This document shows positions 51,400 to 64,000 of a stretch of DNA of 64,000 nt, piece by piece. The position numbers were made by a program, and so were the translations under genes. Source of the DNA: Azolla caroliniana (taxonomy: Eukaryota > Plantae > Polypodiophyta); the NCBI GenBank assembly GCA_043228905.1, contig JBHGNT010000018.1, positions 1,550,001 through 1,614,000 on the forward strand, in the 5' to 3' direction. A model generated the notes under the pieces. That model searched no databases and had not been told where the DNA came from. It saw only the letters and a list, made by a program, of their open reading frames with translations. Position 1 is the first letter of the stretch. The number at the start of each line of letters is the position of its first letter.

Positions 51400-52470
51400 T
51401 TTGATTGTTCTTTGGTTTTTTGCTTCAGTAAGGGAGAGGCCGAGTGGTGCAACTATGTCCACATTCATCGTCTCCCCCTGTCCTTGAAAAATTTCATTGG
51501 TTACATGTTGGTGAGTATTATAAAGGTTATTGTTAACATTTTGTAGCTTATTCTCTTGATGTTATTTTAGCTCTAAGATATATCTACCTAATTTCTTTGT
51601 ATCTGGAGTACCTAATAGTTTAGAGGGGATGGAAGAGAGGCCGAGTATGTCTTGGTATTTTGCCTTTATCTCGGTGTAAGTTGGACATTAGCATATAAAG
51701 TGATACCGATCCTCTATCTCCATGTGACATAATCTACATATCCTTTCCTCTCTAGGAACTCCATTAGTACGCCCATTCTCAATCTCAAGTTGGTGAGATG
51801 ATATTCTAAGTTGTCCAATGGCAACCCTTAATGCATTTGGTAAGAAAGCATCTAGATATTTTGGTCGTGTAATAAAACCTAACTTAGAGAAGTGCATGAA
51901 GTGTCCCTTATAGTACACCATTTTAGAAGGGAGTGGCCCTAGTGGGTTGATCCATTTATATTGAGTGTAAATTTGCCATATTTCTCGGCGTATTACTTTA
52001 TTACAGTCCTCATGAGAGATTAAAGTGTTATCAATCTCGTGGTTGTACCTAAGGGGAGGTAGGTTACTAATGTCTAGGCCATTTGCAAGAAGCCAACTCA
52101 CCACAATGCTATACCAAGAGCTAGTATCTCCGGACTCATATAGTGATTGAAATGCCTCAAAAGCTTGACGAGATATTCTACCTTGTGGTTGGCTATGTAT
52201 CCTATGAATAAAAACTATAAGTTGGAAAAGTGTGTCTACTAACATCAGGGGCAAACTGAACTTTGCTCTAATAATGTCATGTGGTACTGTCGATTTGCTT
52301 TGGAGTTTGACGTGATAACATCGTCACTCAATGGTCTCTCTAATTGGCGTCCACATGAAAGATGGTAACCCTGGAGCCCAAACGACTGATGATGCATGCA
52401 TACATGAGGGAAGGGGTGACTAATGAGTCGAACGATATAATCAAGTTCTTTACCCTCATCCAAGAGTGGT
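51400..52470 (-). mobile_element. Degenerate LINE 3' fragment, related to the two GWD-intron copies
   Basis: ORF 51688-52254: SSWYS...LPPLRY...GFITRPKYLD...AIGQLRISSHQLEIENGRTNGVPREERICRLCHMEIEDRYHFIC is homologous to ORF 15499-15954. Confidence 0.8.
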
Positions 52471-52779
52471 GAGCTTATATACCTAGGGAGTTATCATCGG
52501 TGCTTATATACCTAGCAAGCAAGCAAGAAGGGGGATTCCACCTGCTTTAACTATTTATGTCATGGACGTGGGAGCATTTATTAATCCAGGTGGCAAGAGT
52601 CGGGAACTTTTTACTTGGGGCTCACTGGTGGGTGGGTGGGCCCATATCCTAGGGAACCCGTTTTACGTGGGTGGTTCACAATGGATTAGAGTCTACTTAT
52701 TGGGATTGAGAGTGAATCAATATATATATATATATATATATAATATAGACCATAGTCAATCCAATCCAACTTTGAGATG

Positions 52780-52850
52780 ATTTACCATACACGTTTGCTT
52801 GAATCATTCTCGAATGCGAATGCACGTATGATATACGTATGGTTCATTCT
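52780..52850. mobile_element. Dispersed repeat family B fragment upstream of ndhM
   Basis: Matches 44925-44985. Confidence 0.5.
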
Positions 52851-53002
52851 AATGCTTGTAAGTTGTGTAACTTGTAAGTGATGAGCTTTTGAGTCACTCA
52901 TTTCTCTACCATGAAGAAAAAAAAAAAGGAATAAATGAATAAATAAATAAATAAATAAATAAAAATAAAAATATTTTCCAGAGGAGGAGATCAGTTGTGG
53001 CT

Positions 53003-54295
53003 ATGGCGAGCTGCAGACCTCTCTCCCCTGCTCCTCCTCCTTCCTCTTCTTCAAGCTTCAGCAGGATATCCCAGAAACCTCTGTTCCCATCGCCCAATAC
53101 TCCTCTCTCTCCATGGAAATCCACCTCCAAGATGATCCCCTTCCCACCCCTCCGACTCTGCAAACACCGACCTTCCATCTCCATTAAAGCTCAGCAAGAG
53201 CTTACTGAAAGCAAAGGACTAAGCTACGAAGATGGAGGACGATGGCTTAACTGTACTACTCGCCATATCCGAATCTACGCAGGATACATCGATCCTGTAA
53301 CCCTGAAAATGGATCAGACTCAGTTAGATAAGCTCAGTCTTATTCTTGACCCTGATGATGAGTTCATATGGCCCGGTGAAACCCCTGATAAGGTCTTTGA
53401 GAAGTTCACAGAGCTTGTGAATAACTACGCTGTAAGTGTTCGTTTCTCTTTGTCTACCTCTCTTTCTTTACATGCTAAGACCCTAATTGTGATGCTTTAT
53501 AATATTGAAAAGAGTATGTGGAAATGCATTAGATCGCAAGGAATTTATCTGGTTTTGATTCTCACATCTTTCTCGCATATTGAAAACCCTAATTGTGGTG
53601 CGTTTGAATGTTAATGGTTATATGGGAAAAGTACTTGATATTGGTTGAGTGTATAGGTAAACACTAACCTCACCGTCTTTCTCACATATTGAAAACAATC
53701 ATTGTGGTGCTTTGAATGTTTATGAATATGTGAAAAAAATACTAGATTGGAAGCGTGTATCTGGAACCTCTAACCGATCATCTTTCTGATGTACATAATG
53801 CCTAATTGAGGTACTTTTTAATGTTAAAGAGTATGTGAAGTAGCATTAGTATTGCAAGGAGTGTATGTGCAAGGAGATTTTGCATAGACTCTAATGTGCT
53901 CAGTAAGATATTTTGAGGCATGCAGGACATGATGATTTCTGGTACCATATATACTGAATTTAGTTTATGGAAGGTGGTAATCTGAATTGGATTAAATCTA
54001 TGGAATCTAATGAGAGAAATGTGTGTTTTTCCACACCATCTTAGAATCTCCTGTTTTATTGCAAATTGTAAACCAATAAGTACGGTTTGGATGATGGTTT
54101 TTCCTTTTTTGTTTCGTGCAGGGTGCACCATTGACAGAATACACTCTTCGTCTGATAGGATCTGAGTTAGAGCATTTCATCCGGAAGATGCTATTTGCCA
54201 ATGAGATTAAGTACAATCTTGAATGTCGAGTCCTAAACTTTAGCATGGGAAAACCTCGATTAGCTATTGAGGATGACAATGAAGAGGAAAGCTGA
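53003..54295 (+). CDS. ndhM: NAD(P)H dehydrogenase-like complex subunit M, chloroplastic; exons 53003-53431 and 54122-54295
   Basis: Ser/Pro-rich transit peptide; [14 protein letters not shown]...[11 protein letters not shown]...ELVNNYA|[24 protein letters not shown]...[16 protein letters not shown]; phase-0 GT-AG intron. Confidence 0.93.
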
Positions 54296-54438
54296 AAAAG
54301 GCTTAAAAATTTGTAATTAATCTAAAAATCTGTAATCTATGGATTCATTTTAGCTGACATGGTTGCCATCATCAATCACATAAAGGAATCCCTCGCTAAT
54401 TGCACCATTTCTTGTTATAACCTATCCACAAATTCATG

Positions 54439-54590
54439 ACAACCTTGAATGTGGCATCTTAAACTGTAGCATGGGAAAGCCTTGATTAACCACTGAGGAT
54501 GATGATGAAGAGGAGAGCTCAAAAGGGCTAAATAAGTTGTAATTAATTATTTGTGATTGGAGTCATTTTACCTGATATGGTTGCCATCAT
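54439..54590 (+). pseudogene. Duplicated fragment of the ndhM 3' coding end and 3'UTR
   Basis: acaaccttgaatgtggcatcttaaactgtagcatgggaaagccttgattaaccactgaggatgatgatgaagaggagagc aligns with ~54213-54292 and has an in-frame TGA replacing CGA. Confidence 0.8.
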
Positions 54591-55241
54591 AACTTGTGAT
54601 TGGAGTCATTTTTCCTTGCTAGCGTCATTGGTGCTTGTTATTAGCTACATGCAAAATTCTTTAGTCGTAAAATAAGGTGTACAATCTTACTGGGCACGTG
54701 ACTGTTTAGTTTTCCTTCTGTTAATAAGAATTGATGCACAAGCATTTTCAAAATATAATAATAATGTCATGAATATGTATATGGTCATAAACAGAAATGC
54801 ATAAAATAAATGTACGAGTATTTAGATGAATCATTCACACCAAATTTTCTTCACAATTTTAAGTTGGTAACAGAGATTTTTCCAGATCATGCATTCAGAA
54901 AGCTGACTCAATATTATATTCCTGTTTCAAGCATGGTTGTATGATGTATCATATAGAAGTACATAAGGACTGGTTTAATGAACAAATTAATTATCATCAG
55001 AAGAGTGGATATATGTTGAAAGTTCACAAAGGTAAACAATAGAAATGGCTTATGAGGCTTAATGGATACAACCACTAAGCTGATGGCGTGAAACCTCTTT
55101 TATCAAAACTCTTTAGAACCAAATAACTCATCCCCAACTTCATCCTTTTAACTCCCATTCTGCCCAGCTACCACTTGCTGTAGTGTTCCTATGAGAAGAC
55201 TTAAAAAAGGACTTATTAAAGAATATCTTGTGACAATTCCT

Positions 55242-58009
55242 TCAAAAAACTCTTTTATTGTTCAGATTATCCCAATCAGCCCAGTTATCCATCCCACCAG
55301 TTGCAGTGCTTGTATGGGAAACTGTAACAGTCTCTCCACCTGTACCAGGTTTACTAACATGAAGTTCATCCCAATCATCCCACTTATTATGCATGCTTTG
55401 GGAAGACTCATTGACATAGGCTTCCTTCTTATTTGATTTGTTGGCATGACACTGATCCCAAGAATCCCAATGAATGCTGCCAGTGTATTTATTATTCTGA
55501 CCCCAAATTTCGTTGTCTACTTCATAGCCACCTCTACCCATTTCATTAGATAACAGCCCATCTTCATTTCGTTGATATCCTTTTGATCTCCAGCTCAAAC
55601 CTCTCTCTTTAGACAGGTCTTCCATCTTCTGGGAGGCCAAAGCCATTACTCCTTTCACAAGCCCCCACGTCTTTTGTCCGATCTCAGAGGTCTTCGTGGT
55701 TACAACGGAGACTGTTTCATTCATCTTTTGATCATAGCCTCCTTCTCGATACTGTCAAAGACAAAAAATGGAATGGATTAATAAAATCCTAAGATAAGTT
55801 ACCTTTACAATATATATTGGTCTCCGTAATTCTACCTTAGTAGTAATATCCCTTGTTCTAGCTTGCACTGCCCCAGCTGCAGTCTGAGCGACAATAGAAA
55901 ACCGACTGAGCCCCTGCAGGTTAATCAAGTTAATGTTTTTTTTTCTATTCCTGGGATCATTAAGTTGAATACAATTCAAATTGGTCTTGAAAAAAAAATA
56001 CAAAAGCTGATTTCAATGAATTTATGAGGAGAAATGGCTATTTCAATAGAGATTCCCAAAAACAAACCAAAACCACATTCATACAATCCACACAACTCAG
56101 AAATCAAGCCTGACATACATTATGGAAATCAATTAGGACAGAGATAGGAATCTCCCAATACACCTAAACAAATGGTCTGAGCTGAGAAAGCATGGACAAA
56201 AGTAACATGATCATACCATTGGAATTGGCTATGCACTTTGAAGCAAATGCTATAACCTTGCAATTGGGGAATAAGGAATTCTAGACATGGTGCAGGGCAT
56301 AATAGGTCATAATCCCTATTTAGACTGGTTATCCTATGTCTATATGTCCAGACAATAGCTGTGTATAGACCGTGGTCCGAAAAGGGCCTGCATCTAATGA
56401 AGATTTTTCGCATTCATAATGTATTTACACTGGTTATCCTAGGTCTAAATCTCCGGACCATAGCTGTCTAGGCTGTGACCGACAAGGGCCTATATCTAAT
56501 GGACTCTTTTCGTAATGAATCCTGTACACATACACCAATATTACGTTCATAATCTATTTAGACTGGCTATCCTGGGTCTGTAAGTCCAGACCCATAGATA
56601 TCTAAACTGTCAGTTTGTCACCAAAAAAGGGCCCATCTCTAATGAACTTTTTCATAATTCCATACATGCAATCGCATCACATTCATGATTCCATACATGT
56701 AAACTACCATAAAATATTTCAAAACGTCAATTAGTTTCCAAGATAACAACTATTGATTTGCTTTGATGGCAGATTGTATGTTCATTGACATATGAACTCA
56801 ATGTAGCATGGAACCCTTGTAGGAGTGGTAGTGTCTTCAAGAGAGATTCTTACCCTTGATGTCAGAGAGTACAGAGTGCCAGATGCTAAACAGGAAGAGG
56901 CAGTGCAAAAGCCCCACTTACAACAGTTAATCTTAGGTCTATTGGTGAACCATTGCTATACAAACTATGACCAGAAAAACAGTCATCCATGTGGACTGGT
57001 CCTTTCTCCAGACTCAATTAATGTATAATTACACACATGCTTTGATATCAAAGGGGACATTTCCTTTCTACAAGAGAAATGAGAGCTCTGGAAGCAAGCC
57101 AACCAGAGATGATGCACAGTATGTCACAACTTACATAGTTAAGAAAGCAAATCTTGATCTATCAGATCACATGCAGAATTCATCAGTTCATATATGTACC
57201 CAGAATCCATCAATTTTAGTATACTGCTATCCCTTTCATAATCCATCATATTCACATAAACTTTGTCATTGAACCACTTCATATCCACCATCATTTTAAT
57301 AATCAATCAATTCACATACCTCAGAAACTAAAGAGACAGTATCTCTGATGACATCACCCCTACCATCAATACCACCAGCATTTATATTGAGATGGGGGAG
57401 ATGGATACTCCCGCCTGATCCAAATCCCACATTCTCAGCTTGCTTTCTTGCAAAGAGATTGCCATTCATCAAAGCCGAACCTTCAATCTCAGACTTACTA
57501 TGGATCACTTCAGTAGAATGAGATCTATTTGTACCAATTCCGCCATCACCAGTGACAGAATCTGCAGATTGAGTCCTTCTGATTCCATTTCCTCTATGAG
57601 AGGAGCCAGAAGATTCCTTCACAACAGGGGGGTCTTTCCACGACTTCCCTTCCGAGAGGGACAAAATCTTCTCCCTATATATGGAGGCAGCATTCGAGTT
57701 ATATTTAGCAACTATATCTGTTTCTTTAGGGATTCCATATTGGGAGAAAAAGTCGTTAAGAGCACCATTTCCTCCACTGATCTCCATCTTTTTTAACTGA
57801 ATTTCAGACCAAGAATCCATGGAAACTGACCTTACAAAGCTTATGTGAACACCAAGACCTCTGTGTTTTCCTGAGCATTCTAGACACATAAATATTCCAT
57901 AGGAGACCGAAGCCCATTGAGGGTTCTTCTGAGAACAATCCACACAGGTCTTGTTTGCTACCAGAGATTGAAGGTTTTTTAGCCTTGTAGTGGGCCCTGA
58001 TGAGGCCAT
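55242..58009 (-). CDS. ADP-ribosylation factor GTPase-activating protein, AGD6/AGD7 (ArfGAP1)-like; exons 58009-57320, 55913-55836, 55751-55242
   Basis: Zinc finger CVDCSQKNPQWASVSYGIFMCLECSGKHRGLGVHISFVRSVSMDSW; later GGYDQKMNETV...GQKTWGLVKGVMALASQK; acidic WDDWD motifs; phase-0 GT-AG introns. Confidence 0.92.
56308..56660. repeat. Degenerate ~110-130-bp triple repeat in ArfGAP intron 1
   Basis: cataat..tattta.actgg.tatcct.ggtct...agggcc..atctaatg starts at ~56308, ~56416 and ~56548. Confidence 0.75.
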
Positions 58010-59644
58010 ATTGGAACAGAATTCTTGAAGAGGAGAGAAAGACGGAGACAATACAAAAAGGTTAGCATGTAGACATCTATGGGAGCAAAGCTCAAATCAC
58101 AGAGCTTCGGTTCAGAAACCCTAGGAGAAGCAGAACAGAGGGAGGTAGGTTTTTCTTCTTTTTTTTGTTCTACTTGGGGTGGGGTCAGCCCAAGAAATTT
58201 GAATGTGAAGAACAAAAGGCTAGCTAACGTTAATGTGGGCTGGCTTTTCATAATTTCATTGAAATGCAAAGAGGGAGGGACACAGGTTTGTCCAAAAGTG
58301 TCCGATGATAAGTGATGTTCAATCGGTCACAAACTCTGATTCTCGGCCATTACTCTTTCTCTCTCTCTCTCTCTTGGGACCAATGGGTTTTGTCCATGCC
58401 ATCCATGTTCGATTGAAGCATGTTGAGTTTGGACGAAAGGGGTCTATCATCTATAGATGGTGAATTTGGTTGAAGACCCTCTCTTCAACTTGCGAAGAGA
58501 CTGCGGTAAATTGATGGTGAGCTTGATTGAAGATAGACCAAACAAGAGGAGTATATTGCTGCCGAGTTTGGCAACATCTATAACGAATCAATATGATTGA
58601 GAGGGCTATGTTGATCTCCACAACTACAACTACTCTGCCTAGTGTGGTTGAGGGTTGTTTGTCAATTACATTGGGGTTTCTCGATGGCAACAAAGTTCAA
58701 ACCCAGATCCTATGTCTAGAATGGTGAAAAGTAACTTTGGGTTTGGGCAAGTAGAGTTCATTAATGGTATGGAAGTTCAACTTGTTGACTCCTTCCAATG
58801 ACCAAATAATTGGGGGATAGCAATGAGTTAAAATGTATAGTATAGAAATATGTACAAAAGTTTGTTTTGAGAAACATCTCAAGGTGAATGCGTGGAGACG
58901 TACCATTGTCTACCCTTTTGTTGGTGAGAGAGGCAAGGGTGAGTGTCAATCACTCCCTAATTATTTATGCATAGATTAAATGCTAAAGCAAGCAAAAAAG
59001 ACAATAGTTATTACTTAAACCACGAAGAGATTTTACAATGTGACCCATGAAGTTTAGCTTCTAATAGTGCACTTCGTGCAATTACAAGCTATGATGATGT
59101 ACGCTTACACACTAGGGAAACCTAATGGGGTGAAATGAGGTACTCATAGTTTGTATGCATTATAGGATATGATTGACATTTAAGATGAGAGTGATAGAAA
59201 TTAGAGGTCATGATTGATGGTCAACATGAGAGGGATTGAAATTTAGGGGTGCAAGACTGATTACTACTCAACATTACCACAATGGAAACCTAGGAATGAG
59301 AACTTGCAATTGATGCTCAAGATGGTATACATGTCATGGATATAGCACATGGTTACGATTGACAAAATCCATCTTTTGACAATTTTTTGGGTAATTCATA
59401 TTCTTCATCGATGTGCAATATGATTGGGGTCAATTTAAAATGCTTATTACTCATGGTTCAATGTTCATCTGTAGAATAAGAATTTAAGATACAATGAAAA
59501 TCATAGATGCACCATATCATCATGTAAAAGTGTGATCCTGTGACTATGACAAAAATTACAGTAGAAAAGAAAGAGAATTACACCTAGAAATTTCTCATGA
59601 TGTTTCATATATGATGTCATCTACTCACAAGATGCACTCCACAC

Positions 59645-59825
59645 AGTTCTTTAACTTTGCTTGCTGTCATTTCAACAATACAATGTGACATATCGTATAA
59701 TAATACCCAAATATCCCTGTACTCCCTCAAAACAATTCTTTAACTTTGCTCGACTTCATTTCAACAATACAATGTGAAATGTCATATAATATTACCCAAA
59801 TCTCCTTGTACTCCCTCAAAACAAG
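59645..59825. repeat. ~89-bp tandem duplication
   Basis: ttctttaactttgct...catttcaacaatacaatgtga...tacccaaat..c.tgtactccctcaaaaca occurs twice. Confidence 0.85.
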
Positions 59826-60259
59826 CCGATAGATTGATTATGAATCCCATGAATAGTATCTTACTTTTATGACTTTGTTAGAATGGCATCAATGTCACAC
59901 CATATACCAGAGATCACAATCTACTACCAGTGAACTGTATAGCATGCATCCTAATGTGCCAACATCTCTGAGTTACTAGACTCGATATAATAAGCTGATT
60001 ACATTCAAAACTCATAGGTAAGACACTTTAAGCCACGAACAATATACCATGCATATATTCAGATATGCCATTACCCAATTCATGGATGCGCATCAAACAA
60101 ATCAGACATCCCCTTAATAATCAATCTTAAAGAGTCTTTAGCTCTGGATTGTTAGGAGAAGTGTTTCGTGTAGCACAACCATGACGTCTAGAGTCAGCCA
60201 TATGACAAATTCTTTTGACCATTGAATAAATTTGCCTGAAGGACAAAAACAATCCAACT

Positions 60260-62680
60260 TCAGAGCCCAAAGCCGAAAACATTTCTAATCTTGTGAAATA
60301 TAAGGTCCTTCCAGCCTCTCTGGGTGTTCTCAACAACAGTAGCATTTCCAAATCTGTCATTAATAAACCATTACACACCATAAGAAGAATTTCCAAATGA
60401 ACAGTTAAATAATAAGAAGAAGAAATCGTGTATGTACAAATAGGCAGTAGACAAGAATACCTGTCCTCATCAGGAACATCTGTCTGGGTTAACTTAACCA
60501 CTGTAACTCCAGTCTCTGGCTCTTCAAAAGTAAGGCAGACCTAAAACCCAGAAATCCACATGGTTTATGACAACTTTAGGTGATAATAAATAGATTGGAG
60601 TGTCACAAACATACTCAGCCCAGCTGATATCAATAAATCAAAAACTAAAGTTGGATATTCATCACAGTTCTATGAGAGGACGTGAATATTCCATCATGGT
60701 TCAGAACAAAGAATAGGTACATCAAATCCTACAGAAAATTATATGTTATTAACTCTCATACGATTTGCAGCTCATCAGAACGAGCACAAGAGAGAAATAC
60801 AGTTAGCCCAATGCCAAGCTCCCAAGCACTGAAAGCATACTGCATGTGAGGCAAGTCCATGTAAGGACTGTGCACCAAGAACTTATATTAATGTAAATAC
60901 AGATTAAGGTGCCATTATTTGATGGAATTTGCGTGCAAAAGAGTTAGTGAATGTGGTAGTTTTCACCTAGGCATGAATTTTGATCTTCAGCCTAACTCTA
61001 TCATGCACGGTCAGCGGACACGTATCAAATACGACATGTATCAAATAAGCATGCAGACAGCATGCTATCCAAGAAAATCAAGTGAGAAATATAAACAGAG
61101 ACAAAAGTTACCATGGGAAATGGTCATTTCTGCCAAAGTTCAATACTCTTCTGCTAAGTGCTACCTGCCACATCAATACTAGTTCCAAACATACTCAACG
61201 ATAAGCTCAAAAATCAGCTTAAGAAACCATTGAATAATGAAATGGATAGAGAACCTACCTCATCTCTATCCCTCACCATGACAGAAAAACAAAAAAAGTT
61301 ACACTTTTCTTGCCAACCAGTGTGATTAAGTGTTCTCAAAATTCCTCAGCTGATTATTTCAAAATTTCAGAAATTGGAGATTCCGGGATTATTGGTTAAA
61401 CCAAATGTTTCAGAAAGCCAGGTTTCAGGAATTTTTGTGATTTCAATCCTATGGAATAATTATCATCAATATGGTCAGTTTTACACAACTAGATGTTAAC
61501 AGACGTGATTGGGTGTCATTGCAGTGTGTATTCTTCCCAATGATAAAAGAACCTTAAATGCCATTTGTATATTTAAGAAGCATTGTGGATCATGAACTTG
61601 AAATGATATATACCTTATATGGGCCTCAGGTGCACATTAACATCAAAATACAAGCAACACTTGGCAGCAACTGTTATCTATCACTTTTATAAAGTCACCA
61701 GATGTTTAATTATGAGAGAAACTCACCGTAGAAAAATGACCATCTGTCCAATTCTGGAAACGCCATTTCTGCATGATGAGTTTGCCCTCTTCCAGCTTCA
61801 AATTCGTTCCAGTGACGGCACCATCAAAAATCATGAACTGACCTCCGACTTCTTTACTAATGGCTGCTTTGCTCTGAGTAAATCCTTTCCATCTGTTCTC
61901 ATCCATGAGAATATCATATATATACTGAGGTGGACAGTTGAATCTCTCAGTCAACGTAATAGTTTTAAACCCTTCCTTATCTTTATTAGCTTTCGGGGCT
62001 GGTTTTTTTGAGGATGTTTCTTGTGATGATATCTCTAGACTACTCATATTGATCTTTGTTGATGATTTATCAACCGATTTTAAGACTTTCTTAGCTTCAA
62101 TCTCTTCTCTAACAGGTCCACCTTGTTGCATTTCGTTCACAAACTCTCTAATTCTTTCCAAAATCATAGATTTCCCTGTAGACAAGAATGCTTCTCGAAC
62201 CTTCTTTCCAAGAGGATTTTCATCCGCCACTGAAACCCTAATTTCGGGATCTTCATTGGCATTCTCATCAGCGAGATAAGGTATCAACACCTTACCTTTC
62301 ACTTGTTCCACAGGCTTTCCATCTCCATCTCCATCTCCATCTGTCACCTCTCCTTTCCATGAAAGAGTAATGGAGAGTTCATACCCAGGAATGATCTTAC
62401 CTTTTCTTATGTTGACATAAGCTTCGCCAGAGACAGTGTCAAGGTCAGTGGTGCAAATGGAGATGGACGACGATGAAGAAGAAGGAGACGGAGAAGCTAG
62501 CTTTTCATCTTTTCCTTCTGAAGCTCCAATTGGAACTGTAAGGTTCTGTAAGAGCTCGGCGAGCCGTTTCTTGGCCCACGGAAGGCAATCCTTCTCCGAC
62601 CAGTGCCAGTTATGGACGTTGGCTCCGTCTGCTCTCTCTTCGACGATCCAGCGCCTGTCTCCTTCGCCGTACTTGGCCAT
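60260..62680 (-). CDS. AHA1: Activator of Hsp90 ATPase (AHA1/AHSA1); exons 62680-61727, 60540-60461, 60353-60260
   Basis: MAKYGEGDRRWIVEERADGANVHNWHWSEKDC (NxNNWHW-like motif); VNIRKGKIIPGYE; C-terminal START-like domain ...QKWRF...LTQTDVPDEDRFGNATVVENTQRGWKDLIFHKIRNVFGFGL*. Confidence 0.95.
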
Positions 62681-62787
62681 GGGAACTCGCAGAGAAAAGC
62701 TGCCAGTATTTAGGGTTTCAGGCGCTCGGCAGAAACCACAGACAGAGAGATTGGGAAGGTCAAGAAGGAGAAATGGAGAAAGGAAGG

Positions 62788-62802
62788 ATTCTAGAAGGTT
62801 CG
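62788..62802. promoter_or_regulatory. Perfect heat-shock element (nTTCnnGAAnnTTCn) upstream of AHA1
   Basis: aTTCtaGAAggTTCg lies ~110 bp upstream of the AHA1 ATG; a telo-box (tagggttt) lies at ~62711. Confidence 0.7.
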
Positions 62803-63004
62803 GTGGGTTTCTCTAAATTTCCACGAATACCCCCCCCCCCCCGAGTTTACTAGAATTACAACGAATGCCCCTAGGAGCCTCTAGGGGACCCCTCTTTGTC
62901 AATAATATTGTCCAGAACCTTTGACATGTTCGTGCGTCTTGCAAGAGTTGGATGGTCCCACACTTTCGGACACCTAAAACACATACACCCACTTGTTAGA
63001 ATTA

Positions 63005-63280
63005 GAATTTTTATGGTTCATAAAGAGGCCAATTTTGACCTATGGGACCAAAGTATACATGTGTTCTTGATATATGTCTCCTTCCTAAGAAGGGGTATTC
63101 ATACATTGAAGCACAAAGTCTCTATGTGTGAATAAAGCATACACATATGAGCTCAACCTTCTCGGTGGTGTCTTAAGTATGGCACTTAAGTCATCACCCC
63201 CTCTTAGTATAGTATGTCAGCATATCTTGAACGAATTACACTATATGTCAAGCATGTGAAAAGCAAGTGACATTCGTCCT
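63005..63280 (+). mobile_element. Dispersed repeat family A, copy upstream of AHA1
   Basis: Close match to 7610-7870; both give the spurious ORF tail SFLRRGIHT.KHKVSMCE. Confidence 0.75.
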
Positions 63281-63899
63281 TTGCCATGCCTTCATTGCAT
63301 ACTTTGCATGTTGAGAGAGAGAGAGTTAGGGTCCTCAAGGATTTTAGTACATTCTATTCCTATATGGATTGTGGACCATAACCATCCATAGTCTCTAATC
63401 GCCTTACTCACGTATACTCCCTTCCCTCCTTATGTTCGTCACAAACAACACCAATACCCTCCTTACCTGACAAGGAGGATTTTGGAAATTCCAATTGGTT
63501 TCCTCTAGCTCACTTGAAATACCCACATGTCCTCTAAATCCTATACCCCTTTTGCATACCCCTAGATAAGAGGATCCTTTAAATTTCTAGTACCTTTTTT
63601 GAATTGCCGCACTTCCAAAAGCTGACGAGATAACCCTAGGAACATGCAAGGAGAACTCTATTATAAATCTTAGTGCTTTTTCAAAGTAGGTCTAGGTGAT
63701 GCAAAAGTAAACGTTTGTGATCATGCAAAAGTAAATTTGAATTTGACAGCATGATTACTCTCTTAACAACATATAGAACTCAATTCAAGACAATGAACTT
63801 TAGATTTGATATGTTATTTGTTTGACATGATCATTGTTAATATGGAATTGTGTAGCTTGGGTTGGAAGGTTGAGATGCATTATCTTGAAAGGAGGTTAG

Positions 63900-64000
63900 A
63901 ACCATACAAACCATAGTACATAATATACTGGAATGCATTGACCAACATTCTTTTTCATATGAATGCAAACGAATGCGTATGTTATCAAAATACTCTTATG
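63900..64000. mobile_element. Dispersed repeat family B copy, truncated by the window end
   Basis: catagtac.taata.act.gaatgcattg...gttatcaaaatactcttatg matches 44717-44785. Confidence 0.65.

Noticed and set aside
58450-59350. Possible LTR or retroelement remnant between ArfGAP and AHA1
   Set aside because: No identifiable termini, PBS/PPT or protein motifs.
61619-62816. Antisense ORFs over AHA1 (also over ArfGAP, RING and MYB exons)
   Set aside because: Shadow ORFs opposite real coding exons, with no independent support.

Overview
AT-rich eukaryotic nuclear DNA from a land plant. Intron-containing plant genes, a plant-type intron-containing tRNA-Tyr and CT/GA microsatellites are seen directly; a seed-free vascular plant such as a fern is my guess, not a demonstrated result. 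Seven protein-coding genes can be reconstructed exon by exon: an EPFL4/5/6-type cysteine-rich peptide (+), a multi-exon alpha-glucan water dikinase GWD1 (-), a NOT4-type RING protein (-), an R2R3-MYB of the AtMYB1/25/109 type (+), plastid NDH subunit M (+), an AGD6/7-type ArfGAP (-) and the Hsp90 co-chaperone AHA1 (-). Non-coding DNA holds three decayed copies of one LINE group, at least two dispersed short repeat families, MITE-like and tRNA/SINE-like remnants, and many local tandem duplications. No prokaryote-style novel system (CRISPR etc.) is evident. The best second-look items are a probably lineage-specific 8x peptide repeat in the RING protein, a degenerate ~180-bp array in the GWD leader intron, an in-frame stop-free GC-AG intron in GWD, the atypical LINE family and the pervasive micro-duplications.
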